This document shows positions 52,537 through 62,921 of a stretch of DNA of 64,000 nucleotides, piece after piece. The DNA lies in assembly GCA_963760795.1 (NCBI GenBank), contig CAVXEP010000013.1, forward strand, positions 64,001 to 128,000. The letters are read 5' to 3'. The number at the start of each line of letters is the position of its first letter. Positions within the stretch are counted from its first letter, which is position 1. Position numbers and translations under genes: made by a program. Under the pieces are notes generated by a model. That model saw only the letters and a program-made list of their open reading frames with translations. It searched no databases and had not been told where the DNA came from. The stretch is from an uncultured delta proteobacterium. GTDB lineage: Bacteria; Desulfobacterota; Binatia; UBA9968.

Positions 52537-52571
52537 AAAGGGGGGCCACTGAACAAGTGCGCCCCCTTTTT
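52537..52571 (+). terminator. Intrinsic terminator after the permease
   Basis: GGGGGGCCACT-GAACA-AGTGCGCCCCC-TTTTT. Confidence 0.65.
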
Positions 52572-52682
52572 GTATGATTAGATTCGACGCTCCCGTCACT
52601 CTCCGGGTCGATCATTCCAACCCGCCCCTTGCCCTTTGCCACTGTCAGTCTTACATTGACACGCATCGAAGGGAGCGTACCC

Positions 52683-53282
52683 ATGATCAGACGCAAACTA
52701 CATTCACTCCACGGCTTCACCATTGGTTTCGCGGCACTTTTGCTGGTCTCGGGCTGCGGCTATAACGATCTCCAGGGGCTTGACGAGGAAGTCAAAGGCT
52801 CCTGGGCCGAAGTACAGAATCAATACCAGCGCCGTGCCGACTTGGTACCGAATCTAGTCGCGACCGTACAAGGCGCGGCAAAATTCGAGCAAGAGACATT
52901 GCAAAAAGTCATCGAAGCTCGCAGCGCCGCGACCTCGATCAAGCTCGACGCCAATGCGCTCAGCGACCCGGCAATGTTTAAGAAGTTCGAAGAAGCCCAG
53001 CGCAACCTCTCGAGTTCCCTATCACGGTTACTGGTCGTCGCCGAGCAGTATCCCGATTTGAAGGCCAATCAAAACTTCCGCGACTTGCAAGCCCAGCTCG
53101 AAGGCACGGAAAACCGCGTCGCCGTCGCCCGCGGCCGCTACGGCAAGGCGGTTGTCGAATATAATAAGAAGGTTCGCTTCTTCCCGACCAATCTAACCGC
53201 GCAGTATCTGCTCGGCATGAAAGTGCGCGAAAACTTCAGCGCCGACCCAGCCGCGGAAAAGCCGCCACAGGTGAAATTTTAG
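52683..53282 (+). CDS. lemA: LemA family protein (lipobox type)
   Basis: LVSGC-GYN lipobox, QYQRRADLVPNLV, EQYPDLKANQNF, QLEGTENR, FPTNL. Confidence 0.93.
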   Translation: MIRRKLHSLHGFTIGFAALLLVSGCGYNDLQGLDEEVKGSWAEVQNQYQRRADLVPNLVATVQGAAKFEQETLQKVIEARSAATSIKLDANALSDPAMFKKFEEAQRNLSSSLSRLLVVAEQYPDLKANQNFRDLQAQLEGTENRVAVARGRYGKAVVEYNKKVRFFPTNLTAQYLLGMKVRENFSADPAAEKPPQVKF

Positions 53283-53366
53283 CCGGCGCGTTCCGCGAGC
53301 GCTAATAGGTTCCCTACCCTGAACGCCAACCTGAGTTCGAATCCCAAAAGGCGATGGGGCGCTACG

Positions 53367-54133
53367 ATGCACCTGTATCGCCCAGCATTGTTAGTCATCT
53401 TCCTTCTGCTGCTTTGTTCGGTTGCCGTCGCACTCGACGTGCCGACGCTGCGCGGCCGCGTCAACGACTACGCCAACGTGCTGCAGTCGAGTCAAGCCCA
53501 GGCGCTCGAGGCCCAGCTCGCCCAACTCGAACGCGATACCGGACACCAGGTCGCCGTCCTAACGATCCCGACACTCGACGGCGAAGATATCGAGGGCTTT
53601 AGCATCCGTGTCGCGGAGAACTGGAAGATCGGCAAAAAGGGCTATGATAACGGTGCGATCTTGGTGGTCGCGGTCAAAGACCGCCGGCTCCGCCTCGAAG
53701 TCGGCTACGGCCTCGAAGGCGTCTTACCCGACGCCATTGCGAAACGAGTCACCGCAGACTATATCGTGCCGCACTTCCGCCAACAGGATTACGCCGGCGG
53801 CATCGTCGCCGGCATCAACGCAGTCGATAAGGTTCTTCGTAGAGAGCCGCTACCCGAGGCGGCGCGCCAGAAAACTCAAAGCCGCGGCTCGAACAGAAAT
53901 TCTCCGATCATGATCGCAATCACCTTCGCCATCCTCGGCTTAATGGGCTTCGCCTCCAGGAGCGGTCGCCGGCGCAACAGCATGTGGGGCACCCGTGGCC
54001 GACGTCGGCGGGCCCATGATCTTTGGCGGTCCCAGCGGTTGGGGCGGCGGTGGGTTTGGCGGCGGTGGCGGTCGGCGGTTTCAGCGGCGGCGGTGGCGGG
54101 TTCGGCGGCGGCGGTTCTTCCGATAGTTGGTAG
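53367..54133 (+). CDS. TPM-domain protein (YgcG type: signal peptide, TPM, TM, Gly-rich tail); indels in the tail near 54005 and 54073
   Basis: GRVNDYANVL, WKIGKKGYDNGAIL, LEVGYGLEGVLPDA; tail ...FSGGGGGFGGGGSSDSW* ends at 54133. Confidence 0.88.
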
Positions 54134-54137
54134 AATA

Positions 54138-54764
54138 ATGAAAGCTGAAAAATTCTTCACCGAACAGGATAAAGAACGCATTCGCCAGGCGGTGTCGCCG
54201 CCGAGTCGAAGACCGCCGGTGAGATCGTACCGATGATCGTCACGTCGGCGGCGCGCTATACAGAGATCGAATTGCTCGGCGTAGTCGCCGGGCTGCTTCG
54301 CCGGCATGTTAGTCGAATGGTTTTGGAGCGATCCGTGGGGATCGCCCTACTTTCAACTTTGGCCGGTCATCGGCGCCTTCGGCGGGTTTCTCATCTCCCG
54401 TCTCCCGGCGGTGAAACGAATTCTCGCGTCCAAAGAACGTATCGGCGAGGCGGTTCATACTCTCGCGCTCGCGTCGTTTACCGATCAGGGCCTGCACCAC
54501 ACGCGCGATCACACGGGAATCTTGATCCTCATCTCGCTTTTGGAGCACCGCGTTGAAGTGCTTGCCGACCGCGGCATCAATGAGAAAGTCAGCCCCGGCA
54601 CTTGGGATGAAATCGTCCACAGCATCACCGCCGGTATCAAATCCGGCCACGCCTGCGATGCCTACTGCAAAGCGATTGAGCGCTGCGGCGACATCCTCGC
54701 GACTCATTTTCCGCGCCAAGCCGACGACAAAGACGAGCTACCCAATCGCCTCGTCACCAAGTAG
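54138..54764 (+). CDS. TPM-domain membrane protein (split TPM with internal TM hairpin); indels near 54195 and 54300
   Basis: MKAEKFFTEQDKERIRQAV / ESKTAGEIV / GLHHTRDHTGILILISLLEHRVEVLADRGI...HFP...DELPN. Confidence 0.85.
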
Positions 54765-54822
54765 CGCTGCCACTAGGTTTCCGCTATTCTCCGGTCACTC
54801 CATCGTGAAAGGACCATCCTCT

Positions 54823-55803
54823 ATGCGGATAAAACTATTGATCGCGCTCGCCGTCGTTTTGGTGGCAACCCATTGGCGGCCCGCGCTGGCCCAAGACAAA
54901 CTCAACTTCGCCTACATCTCGCCCAACGCCGGCTCGTCGTCGGTGCTTTGGATCGCCAAAGATGCCGGCATTTTCAAAAAGCATAACCTCGACGTCAACG
55001 TCATTTACATCGAAGGCACGCCGAAAGCGCTCATGTCTCTGTTTGCCGGCGAGCTTCATGTCGTCGCCGGCACCGGACCTGCCGTCGCCAGCGCTAAAGT
55101 GCGCGGCGCCGATGTCAGCATGGTGATGGGCTTCGAAGTTTTCTTGCCATACTATTTGGTCGCACAGCCGAACATCAAAACCATCGAGGATCTGAAAGGA
55201 AAAATCGGCGCCAACCATACGGTCGCCACTTCCGCCGATTTCGCCATTCGCCTCGGCCTCAAAAGCATCGGCCTCGACCCCGACAAGGATGTAAACCTGC
55301 GCGTCGTCGGCGCGACGAATTTACGCCTGATCATGATGCAGCAAAAACAAGCCGACTTCACGATCATCAGCACGACGGAACGGGAAGAAGCGGAGAAAAT
55401 GGGATCGAAGGTCGTCGCCGATCTGGCCAGCAAGAAGATCCCTTACCCGCATGCCGGCTTGATCAGCAGCCAAAAGATGCTCAAGGAAAAACGCGACACC
55501 ATGCTGCGCTTCGGCCGCGCCACGGTGGAAGCGATCCACTATTTCAAGAACAACAAGCCGCAGACCATCGCGATCTTAAAAAAATACGCCAAGACCGATC
55601 TTTCCACTCTCGACACCGCCTATACGTATATCAAAGGCGCCATTCCCGACCTGCCCTATCCGACCTTGGAAGGCATGAAAACGATATTGAATGAAATGGG
55701 CCGCACCCGTCCTGAAGTCTTGAAATACGACGCCGCTTCGATGGTCGACCCAAGCCTGATCAAAGCCATCGATGACGAAGGGTTTTTGAAGAAGCTGAAA
55801 TAA
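54823..55803 (+). CDS. ABC substrate-binding protein (SsuA/NMT1-THI5 type), orphan
   Basis: Signal peptide MRIKLLIALAVVLVA...ALA; LWIAKDAGIFKKHNL, DLKGKIG, GLDPDKDV. Confidence 0.88.
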   Translation: MRIKLLIALAVVLVATHWRPALAQDKLNFAYISPNAGSSSVLWIAKDAGIFKKHNLDVNVIYIEGTPKALMSLFAGELHVVAGTGPAVASAKVRGADVSMVMGFEVFLPYYLVAQPNIKTIEDLKGKIGANHTVATSADFAIRLGLKSIGLDPDKDVNLRVVGATNLRLIMMQQKQADFTIISTTEREEAEKMGSKVVADLASKKIPYPHAGLISSQKMLKEKRDTMLRFGRATVEAIHYFKNNKPQTIAILKKYAKTDLSTLDTAYTYIKGAIPDLPYPTLEGMKTILNEMGRTRPEVLKYDAASMVDPSLIKAIDDEGFLKKLK

Positions 55804-55851
55804 CGCGACCTGGCTACTCGCGGCAGTTATGCAATATACTGCGATCAAATT

Positions 55852-56829
55852 ATGACACCGCCGCGAACACGTCTGCTTCGACTGTTCGGTTTTTTGCTCG
55901 TTGCTGTCCTCTTAATTCCCTGCTCGTCTGCAGCCTTGGAGGTTCCTCCCTTGGCTGGCCGCGTTAATGACCTGGCGGGCCTTCTACCTGTCGGAGCAAA
56001 GCTGAAGCTCGAAGAAGATTTACACCGGTTCGAGCAAGAAACCACGCACCAGATTGTCGTCCTCACCGTTCCCGGCCTTGAAGGCGATGGGATCGAGGAC
56101 TTCAGCATCCGAGTTGCCGACGCGTGGAAAATCGGCCAGCAGGGAATAGCCAATGGTGTCATTCTCGTCGTGGCTCAAAAGGAACGTAAGATTCGTATCG
56201 AAGTCGGGCGCGGCTTCGAGGGTATTTTACCGGACGCCGTCGCCAGTCGGATCATTCGCGAAGCCATCCTGCCGCGTTACCGCGCCGGAGACTATGCCGG
56301 GAGCATCGCGGCCGGTGTCGACTCGATCTTGGACATCACGCGCAGGGAAACTGCAACGAAGTCGCGACAAATCCAATCGAGGAAGCCAAGAAGCGGTTTC
56401 ATCTTGGTGTTGTTTTGTGGCATCACGCTGTTCGCAGTGCTCGTGGGGATAGGACAACCGAATCCGCTTCGTGCCGGTCTCGCCGGAATTACCATTGCTG
56501 GGCTTTTTGGGACGCTCGGCGCACTCGCATCAGGTTGGGGAGCATGGATCATTATAGCCTTGGCTGGCGCGCTTGCCGTCGCCACAGCAAATCTCTTCGC
56601 AGGAAAGGCATGGGGGCGTCCCATGCGTAACGCACCCGTGCGGCGAAACTCTTGGCCAAGAGACACAATCCATTACACCGGCACAGGCGATGGTGGCGGG
56701 TGGGGCAATAGTGACTTCGGCGGCGGCGGGTTCGGCGGCGACTTCGGTGGTGGTTTCAGCGGTGGTGGCGGGGATTTCGGCGGTGGTGGCGCATCAGGTG
56801 GAGACGGTGGTGGATCGGGAGGCGACTAA
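55852..56829 (+). CDS. Second YgcG-type TPM-domain protein with extra TM helices and Gly-rich tail
   Basis: GRVNDLAGLL, WKIGQQGIANGVIL, IEVGRGFEGILPDA, GGFSGGGGDFGGGGASG. Confidence 0.88.
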   Translation: MTPPRTRLLRLFGFLLVAVLLIPCSSAALEVPPLAGRVNDLAGLLPVGAKLKLEEDLHRFEQETTHQIVVLTVPGLEGDGIEDFSIRVADAWKIGQQGIANGVILVVAQKERKIRIEVGRGFEGILPDAVASRIIREAILPRYRAGDYAGSIAAGVDSILDITRRETATKSRQIQSRKPRSGFILVLFCGITLFAVLVGIGQPNPLRAGLAGITIAGLFGTLGALASGWGAWIIIALAGALAVATANLFAGKAWGRPMRNAPVRRNSWPRDTIHYTGTGDGGGWGNSDFGGGGFGGDFGGGFSGGGGDFGGGGASGGDGGGSGGD

Positions 56830-56878
56830 ATGGCCCCATATCAGTTAAGCAACGAACGCGAGGCAAGAGGCAAATACC

Positions 56879-57601
56879 ATGGAAGACCAGACTCTTGAGC
56901 GAACACTGAACGAGCTCACCGCGCAGATCACACATACCTATGGCGAGACACTCTTGGCCGTTATCCTTTACGGCAGTGCCGCCTCCGACGAATTTGTCGA
57001 AGGGCGTTCGAACATCAATTGTCTTGTACTGCTCAAACAGGTAACGCCGGACGAATTAAAAAAATCCTCGCCGTTGCTGCAAAACTGGCATGAGCAAGGC
57101 ATCCGCACGCCACTGTTCGTCGACCCGGCTTACGTGCGCTCCGCCATCGATGTTTTTCCCATTGAATTTTTGGACATGAAGCAGCGATACCGAGTTCTTT
57201 ACGGCCAGGACTTCCTCCGGGACCTAGACGTAAAGCTCGACCATCTGAGGTTTCAATGCGAGCAGGAACTGAAAGGAAAAATGTTGCGACTGCGCCAGCT
57301 CTATCTGGAAACTTCGCAATCGGAGTCACGACTGATGACGCTGCTCGCCAAATCGGCCAGCTCATTCATGATTCTTTTCCGCGCGTTACTTCACCTTAAC
57401 GGGATATCGGCAACGCACTCGGCCCAGGAACTGTTTGCCGGCTTGACCAGCTTGGGTCTACCCAACGAAGCGATTGCCAGGGTATACGCTTTACGACGGG
57501 ACCAACCCGCGCCAACCCATGCGAATATGGATGCGCTGTTCAGGCAGTACCTAAGCGAGATCGAAACAGTAGTAGGATTTAGCGAAACAACCCGTCCGTA
57601 A
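56879..57601 (+). CDS. Pol-beta-superfamily nucleotidyltransferase-fold protein with helical C-terminal domain
   Basis: AVILYGSAA...RSNINCLVLL; DVFPIEFLDM...VLYGQD; LRFQCEQEL. Confidence 0.75.
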   Translation: MEDQTLERTLNELTAQITHTYGETLLAVILYGSAASDEFVEGRSNINCLVLLKQVTPDELKKSSPLLQNWHEQGIRTPLFVDPAYVRSAIDVFPIEFLDMKQRYRVLYGQDFLRDLDVKLDHLRFQCEQELKGKMLRLRQLYLETSQSESRLMTLLAKSASSFMILFRALLHLNGISATHSAQELFAGLTSLGLPNEAIARVYALRRDQPAPTHANMDALFRQYLSEIETVVGFSETTRP

Positions 57602-57688
57602 TTAAATCCCGCTCTGAGGAAAAAAAAAGACGGACTTACATAGTCCGATTTTCGCGCTAAAAGCCAATCGTCCAGAGGCGAGGCAAGC

Positions 57689-59751
57689 CTACTTCCGCAC
57701 CAGCCGCACATCCACCGCCGCCACACCGCCGCCTTGGGCACGCACCATGATCGGGTTGATTTCCATGTCCGACAGATGAATTTCTATGCGCCGCGAAAAT
57801 TTCCGACAAGCCGACCATCGCCTTGCACCAGCGCATCGACATCGCGCGGGCCTTGGCCGCGCACGCCTTCTAATACTTTGTAGCCACGCAGCTCTTTCAA
57901 CATGGCGCGCGCTTCCTTTTCGTCCACCGGCAGCAAGCGAATGGATACGTCTTTCAAGACTTCGACGAAGATGCCGCCGAGACCGACCATCAGGAACGGC
58001 CCATACTGGGGATCGGTGCGCGCGCCGATAAGCACTTCAGTGCCCTGCACCATTTCTTGGACGAGCAACTGCGCTTTGCCCGAAGTCTTGGAAAGCAGTT
58101 TCTGCCCTTCGGCTTGCACTTCGTCGGCGCTCTTCAAACCGAGCACCACTGCGCCGGACTCGGTCTTATGCACGACATCTGCGGCGATCAATTTCAGCGC
58201 CACCGGAAAGCCGATCTCCTTCGCCCGCGCCGCTGCGTCGGCCGCTGAGTCCGCCAACGATTGCTTCGGTAAGCCGATGCCTTTGCTCTGGAGCAGCTTA
58301 TGCAACATCTCGCCGTCGAGCACAGCCGGATTGCCATTCGGCCGCCGGCAATGGCGCAACACCGGCGCTTCTGCGCTCCCCGTACAAACCCAATCCCGCC
58401 AGCGCGCGCAGCGTCGGTTTGATCGCCTGTAAGAAAGGCATGCCCGCTTCTTCCTGAAAGGCGCGGCTCTCGTCCGTGCAGCTGTAGGTGGAACGGCCGA
58501 ACGCCAGCACCGGCTTGTCGGTGGCTTCGAGCACGCTTTTAAACAAGCCGGCGTTTCTCGTCTGGCCGCGCGGCAGTTCGCCGTGGATCGCCATGAGATC
58601 GACGCCGGGATCTTCGGCGTGCAGTTTGACGATGTTGATGAATCCCGCCTCGTCGCCGAAACCGGCGACGCCGCATTCAAGCGGATTCTCGACGGCCAAT
58701 TCCGCCGGGATGAGCGGCCGCACCGCTTCCTTAGTTTTGTCGCTCAGCTGCGCCAGGTTGGTGTTCAAGTCGTCGCAATGATCGCAGATCAAGCCCTTTC
58801 ATACCGCCGGAGTTGACGACGATCGCCGCGCGGCTGCCCTTGGGGAAGCGGCCCGAGCATGAACGCCAGCGTGATCTCGGTCATATCTTCCAATGTCGGG
58901 CAACGAATGATGCCCAAACGCTTGCACATGGCGTCGAACACTTCGTCGGCGCCGGCGAGGGAACCGGTGTGGGAGATCGCCTGGCGTTTGCCCATCTCCG
59001 AGCGGCCGAGCTTCACGGCTAAGATGGGCTTGCCTTTTTGCAGCGCCTGTTCGGCGACGGCCATGAACTCGTTGGGGCGGCGAATGCCTTCGACCATCAG
59101 CGTAATCACTTTGGTGTCGGGGTCGTCGACGAGGAACGAAAGATAATCCACCAAGTCGAGGCTCACTTCATTACCGCTGGAAATCGCATAGGAGAATCCG
59201 ATGCCGCGCTCGGTGGCGCCCTTGATCCAGTTGCCGAGCGAACCGCCGCTCTGAAAAATCAAGCCGACCGGACCTTTCTTCAATAACGGCGTCGCGGTGG
59301 GAAACGTCCACAGCCCTTCGCCGACGGAATAGGAACCCATGCAGTTGGGACCGCAGATCACCATGCCGGTCTTGTCGCATAGCTCGCGCATCTGCTGCGC
59401 CCGCTCTTTGCCCTTCTCATCGTCGCCTTCGCCGAAGCCGGCGGTGTAAATCGTCGCCGAACGGGTGCCCAACTGCGCCGCCTCTTCGAGCACGCCGAGC
59501 ACGGCGCGGGTCGGAATGAGAATCAGCAATTCGTCGGGGACTTCCGGGCAGGCCGTCAAGCTTGGGTAACACTTGTCGCCATAAAGTTCTTGGTAATTGG
59601 GATTGATCAGATAAACGCCGCCAGGAAACTTCGCGCCTTTCAAATTGCGATAAATCCCCTGCGGCCACGCGCCCTTTTGCGACGCGCCGATGATCGCCAC
59701 CGACTTCGCGCGCAATAGATTACCAACCGGTTTCGCCGTGAATGTAGCCAT
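57689..59751 (-). CDS. NDP-forming acyl-CoA synthetase (acetate-CoA ligase alpha+beta fusion); several frameshifts
   Basis: SVAIIGAS, GPNCMG, QSGG, SHTGSLAG phospho-His, ENPLE, FPVALK, HKTESG, QEMV, GLGGIFVE; tail DMEINP...AVDVRLVRK* ends at 57689. Confidence 0.88.
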
Positions 59752-59814
59752 GTAATTTCCTTCTAAATTGAGATGGGATTGCTATGTCATAGACGCGGAG
59801 TGACTGCAAGAATC

Positions 59815-59955
59815 GGATGGATCGGAGTGATGGAGTTGTGGAGTGTTGGAGTAATGGAACGTCAAGATCTGACGATCGAGAGCCACTCACTCCCACAGCG
59901 GCTGTGCAAGTTTTTCGGAAACTTTGTTTGCGACCTTTGCGTTCTTTGCGGCTAT
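59815..59955. repeat. Octamer repeat (copy 4, right arm degenerate) followed by a CTTTGCG nonamer-type half element
   Basis: GGAGTGATGGAGTTGTGGAGTGTTGGAGTAATGG ... CACTCACTCCCA; TTTGCGACCTTTGCGTTCTTTGCGGCTA. Confidence 0.65.
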
Positions 59956-59956
59956 C

Positions 59957-61040
59957 TCAATCCGACTCCCCGAACACCTGCCAGCGTTGCGCCGGTAGCT
60001 CGACGGCCGCCTGCTGTCCCACGCTCACCTCCGTGTCGCCGGCGAGTTTGGCGAGCAGCGTCACGCCGTTCACTTCCACTTCCAAAAGCGAGGCGTCGCC
60101 GAGATAATTCTTGCTGGTCACTTTGCCGACGGTGTTGGCGACAGTGTCGCTACGCGCTGCGGCACACTTGCACATGCTCGGGCCGGATCGCCAAGGTCAC
60201 GGCGGCACCGGCATTGATACCATCCGGCACCGCCACGGCGATCGCGCCCAATGGCGACGCCACCCGATCCTTCGCCTCGACGGTGCCTTTGACGAAGTTC
60301 ATTTCGCCGACGAACTGCGCGACGAACAAACTTGCCGGCTTTTCGTAAACATCGTGCGGCGGGGCGATTTGAAGAATCTCACCGGCGTTCATCACGCAGA
60401 CGCGGTCGCCGAGGCTCAGAGCTTCCGCCTGGTCGTGGGTAACGTAGAGCGTGGTCACACCGATCGACTTGGTGATTTTTCGCAATTCCACGCGCATCTG
60501 TTCGCGCAAGCGCGCGTCGAGATTGCTCAGCGGCTCATCCATCAAGAGAATCTTCGGCTCGGTCACCATGGCGCGCGCCATCGCGACGCGCTGCTGCTGG
60601 CCGCCGCTCAAATCGGTCGCCGGCCGCTCGCCCAGGCCATCGAGCTGGACGCGCTTGAGCGCTTTCTCGACTCGATCGGCAACGTCCGCCTTGGAATGAC
60701 GCGTGCGCCCCTGGGTTAATGGAAAGGCGACATTTTGAAACACGTTCATGTGCGGCCAGATGGCGTAGGATTGAAAGACCATGCCGAGTTCACGCCGCTC
60801 GGTCGCGACAAAAACCCGCCGCGTCGGTGAATTGACTAGCTTGCCGGCGATCTCGATCTCGCCGGCGTCGGGCCGCTCCAACCCGGCGACACAGCGTAAC
60901 GTCGTCGTCTTGCCGCAACCGCTCGGCCCGAGCAAAACACAAAACTCGCCCTCGGCGACTTCCAGGTTGATGGATCTCAGGGCATCGACGCGCCCCTGTT
61001 GCGCGTTGAAAGATTTTTGCAAAGCACGGATGCTAATCAC
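59957..61040 (-). CDS. ABC transporter ATP-binding protein (FbpC type); frameshift near 60160
   Basis: GPSGCGKTT, LSGGQQQR, MDEPLSNLDARLR; TOBE tail (NTVGKVTSKNYLGD) in another frame. Confidence 0.92.
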
Positions 61041-61125
61041 TGGTCCTCACTGGCGTTCGGTAATTCCATCAATGTCGAATCTGTACTCAGTGGAATTTGT
61101 AATCTGGAATAGCGCAGCGCGAACG

Positions 61126-62886
61126 CTACGCGGCCTCGCCGATCTCGCCGATGCGCGATAGGATCAAGCGCACTGCGCCGACGACGATTGCGGCGAAAAG
61201 AATCAAGATCACGCCCAGCGCTGCCACTTGCGGCACCCAGCCGCTGCCCCAAAACTGCCACACTACTGTCGATATCACGACGTTATTGCGTGTGTAGAGC
61301 GTCAACGCCATGGTCACCTCGCGATACGACAACATGCCGATCCAGACCCAGCTGTTGAGCACGCCGGCGGCGATTAACGGCAGCACAATCTTCCACAAAA
61401 CCCGCGGCGACGACGCGCCGGCGACTCGGCCCGCCTCTTCGAGCTCGCGATGGACTTGGATCATCACGCTATTGGTCGTGCGTGTGCCGTATGCAACCCA
61501 ATTGATGGTGTGCGCGACGATAATGATCAGGACCGTGCCATAGATCGGAAAAATGTCGCGATAGGCAAGGCCCAAGTAAGCCAGACCCACCGCCATCAAA
61601 ATTCCCGGCACGGCGTGGGGAACGAATGCCAGGGTATCGAGCCAGCCGCGAAACGATACTTGCGTACGAATCACCACCCAGGAAACCAACACGCTGAGCA
61701 CCATTGTCAACGTCGGCACCGCCAACATCAATATCAAAGTATTGATAAACGGCTGCAGGCCCACATGCTGAGGGATCTCCCAGTAGTGCTTCAACGTCAT
61801 GCTGGTAACTGCCTCGGCGCTCGGCAATTGCAGGTATGGCAAGACTGAGGCCCACAACAACACCGCGAAGGGAACAAAAACTTCGATGCACAGATAAAAG
61901 AACACAAAAGCGACCGCAGCCCATTTCCAGGATCCGAGGGCGATCTCCCGCGGGCGATACCCTCTGCCCGTGATTACCGTATACTTCTTTCCCTGCTTGA
62001 CCAGCCGGACATACAGATAGGCGAGCACAAGCCCGAGCAAGAGCATGATCGCGCCATACGCGCCCGCCATGCCGTAATCCGGCAAGCCGGTGGACGGCGT
62101 CGTCGAGGTAAAAATGAGCGAGCTCAGCACGTGAATACGCGCCGGCATACCGATGATGGCCGGCACTTCAAAGACCGCAATGGCGGTCATAAACAAGTAC
62201 ACCATTACGCCGGCAATGGCCGGAAAAGTGATCGGAATATTGATTTTCAGAAACGTCCTGAGCTTGCCGACCCCCGAAGTGTACGCCGCTTCTTCCAACG
62301 ACGGGTCCATCGATCGATAGGCCGCGGCCAACATGAAGAACGCGCCGGGAACGAAAGATATGCCTTGGACGAAGGCCATGCCGGTTACGCTGTACAGATT
62401 AAACGGCGGCTCGCTTAGGGTAAAGAGTTGTTGCAGCCACTTGTTGATCAAGCCGATCCTCGGACTGAGCAGCAAGATCCACGCGATGGTGCGGAGAAAG
62501 ACCGGGATGAGAATGCCGATCGTGAGCAGGACGTAAATGGTTTTTTTGAACGGTATGTCCGTCCGCATGAGAATCCACACGAGCGGTACCGTAATCAGAA
62601 GCGTGATGGATACGCTGGATACCGCGAAGTAAAAGGTGTTCAACAAAACCTCATAGGTTCGCGGTTCCAAGTAAACGGCAGAAAAATTTTCCAGCGTGAA
62701 TGGAACGGTCTCGCCCGGAAAGCCGGTGCGAAGACTCATGAGAACGACCATCGACACCGGCAGCCCGATGAGCAGCAACAAAAACCCCGAAAGACCGGTG
62801 GCGAACACCGTGACACCCTGGGGCAGGAACCTGCTCCAACCTTCCCAGGGGGCCACGGTGGATTCGCTGCGGGATTCGACTTTCAT
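61126..62886 (-). CDS. ABC transporter permease (FbpB type)
   Basis: LEEAAYTSG and LEEAGRVAG EAA loops; GAGG RBS before ATG 62886. Confidence 0.92.
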   Translation of the reverse strand: MKVESRSESTVAPWEGWSRFLPQGVTVFATGLSGFLLLLIGLPVSMVVLMSLRTGFPGETVPFTLENFSAVYLEPRTYEVLLNTFYFAVSSVSITLLITVPLVWILMRTDIPFKKTIYVLLTIGILIPVFLRTIAWILLLSPRIGLINKWLQQLFTLSEPPFNLYSVTGMAFVQGISFVPGAFFMLAAAYRSMDPSLEEAAYTSGVGKLRTFLKINIPITFPAIAGVMVYLFMTAIAVFEVPAIIGMPARIHVLSSLIFTSTTPSTGLPDYGMAGAYGAIMLLLGLVLAYLYVRLVKQGKKYTVITGRGYRPREIALGSWKWAAVAFVFFYLCIEVFVPFAVLLWASVLPYLQLPSAEAVTSMTLKHYWEIPQHVGLQPFINTLILMLAVPTLTMVLSVLVSWVVIRTQVSFRGWLDTLAFVPHAVPGILMAVGLAYLGLAYRDIFPIYGTVLIIIVAHTINWVAYGTRTTNSVMIQVHRELEEAGRVAGASSPRVLWKIVLPLIAAGVLNSWVWIGMLSYREVTMALTLYTRNNVVISTVVWQFWGSGWVPQVAALGVILILFAAIVVGAVRLILSRIGEIGEAA

Positions 62887-62921
62887 ACCTCTCCTTCCGG
62901 CGGGCGAGCGCGACAGAGTTC

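Noticed and set aside
56879-57601. MNT-HEPN toxin-antitoxin or CBASS cyclase
   Set aside because: No adjacent HEPN (RxxxxH) toxin or CBASS effector is present, and the catalytic acidic pair is missing.
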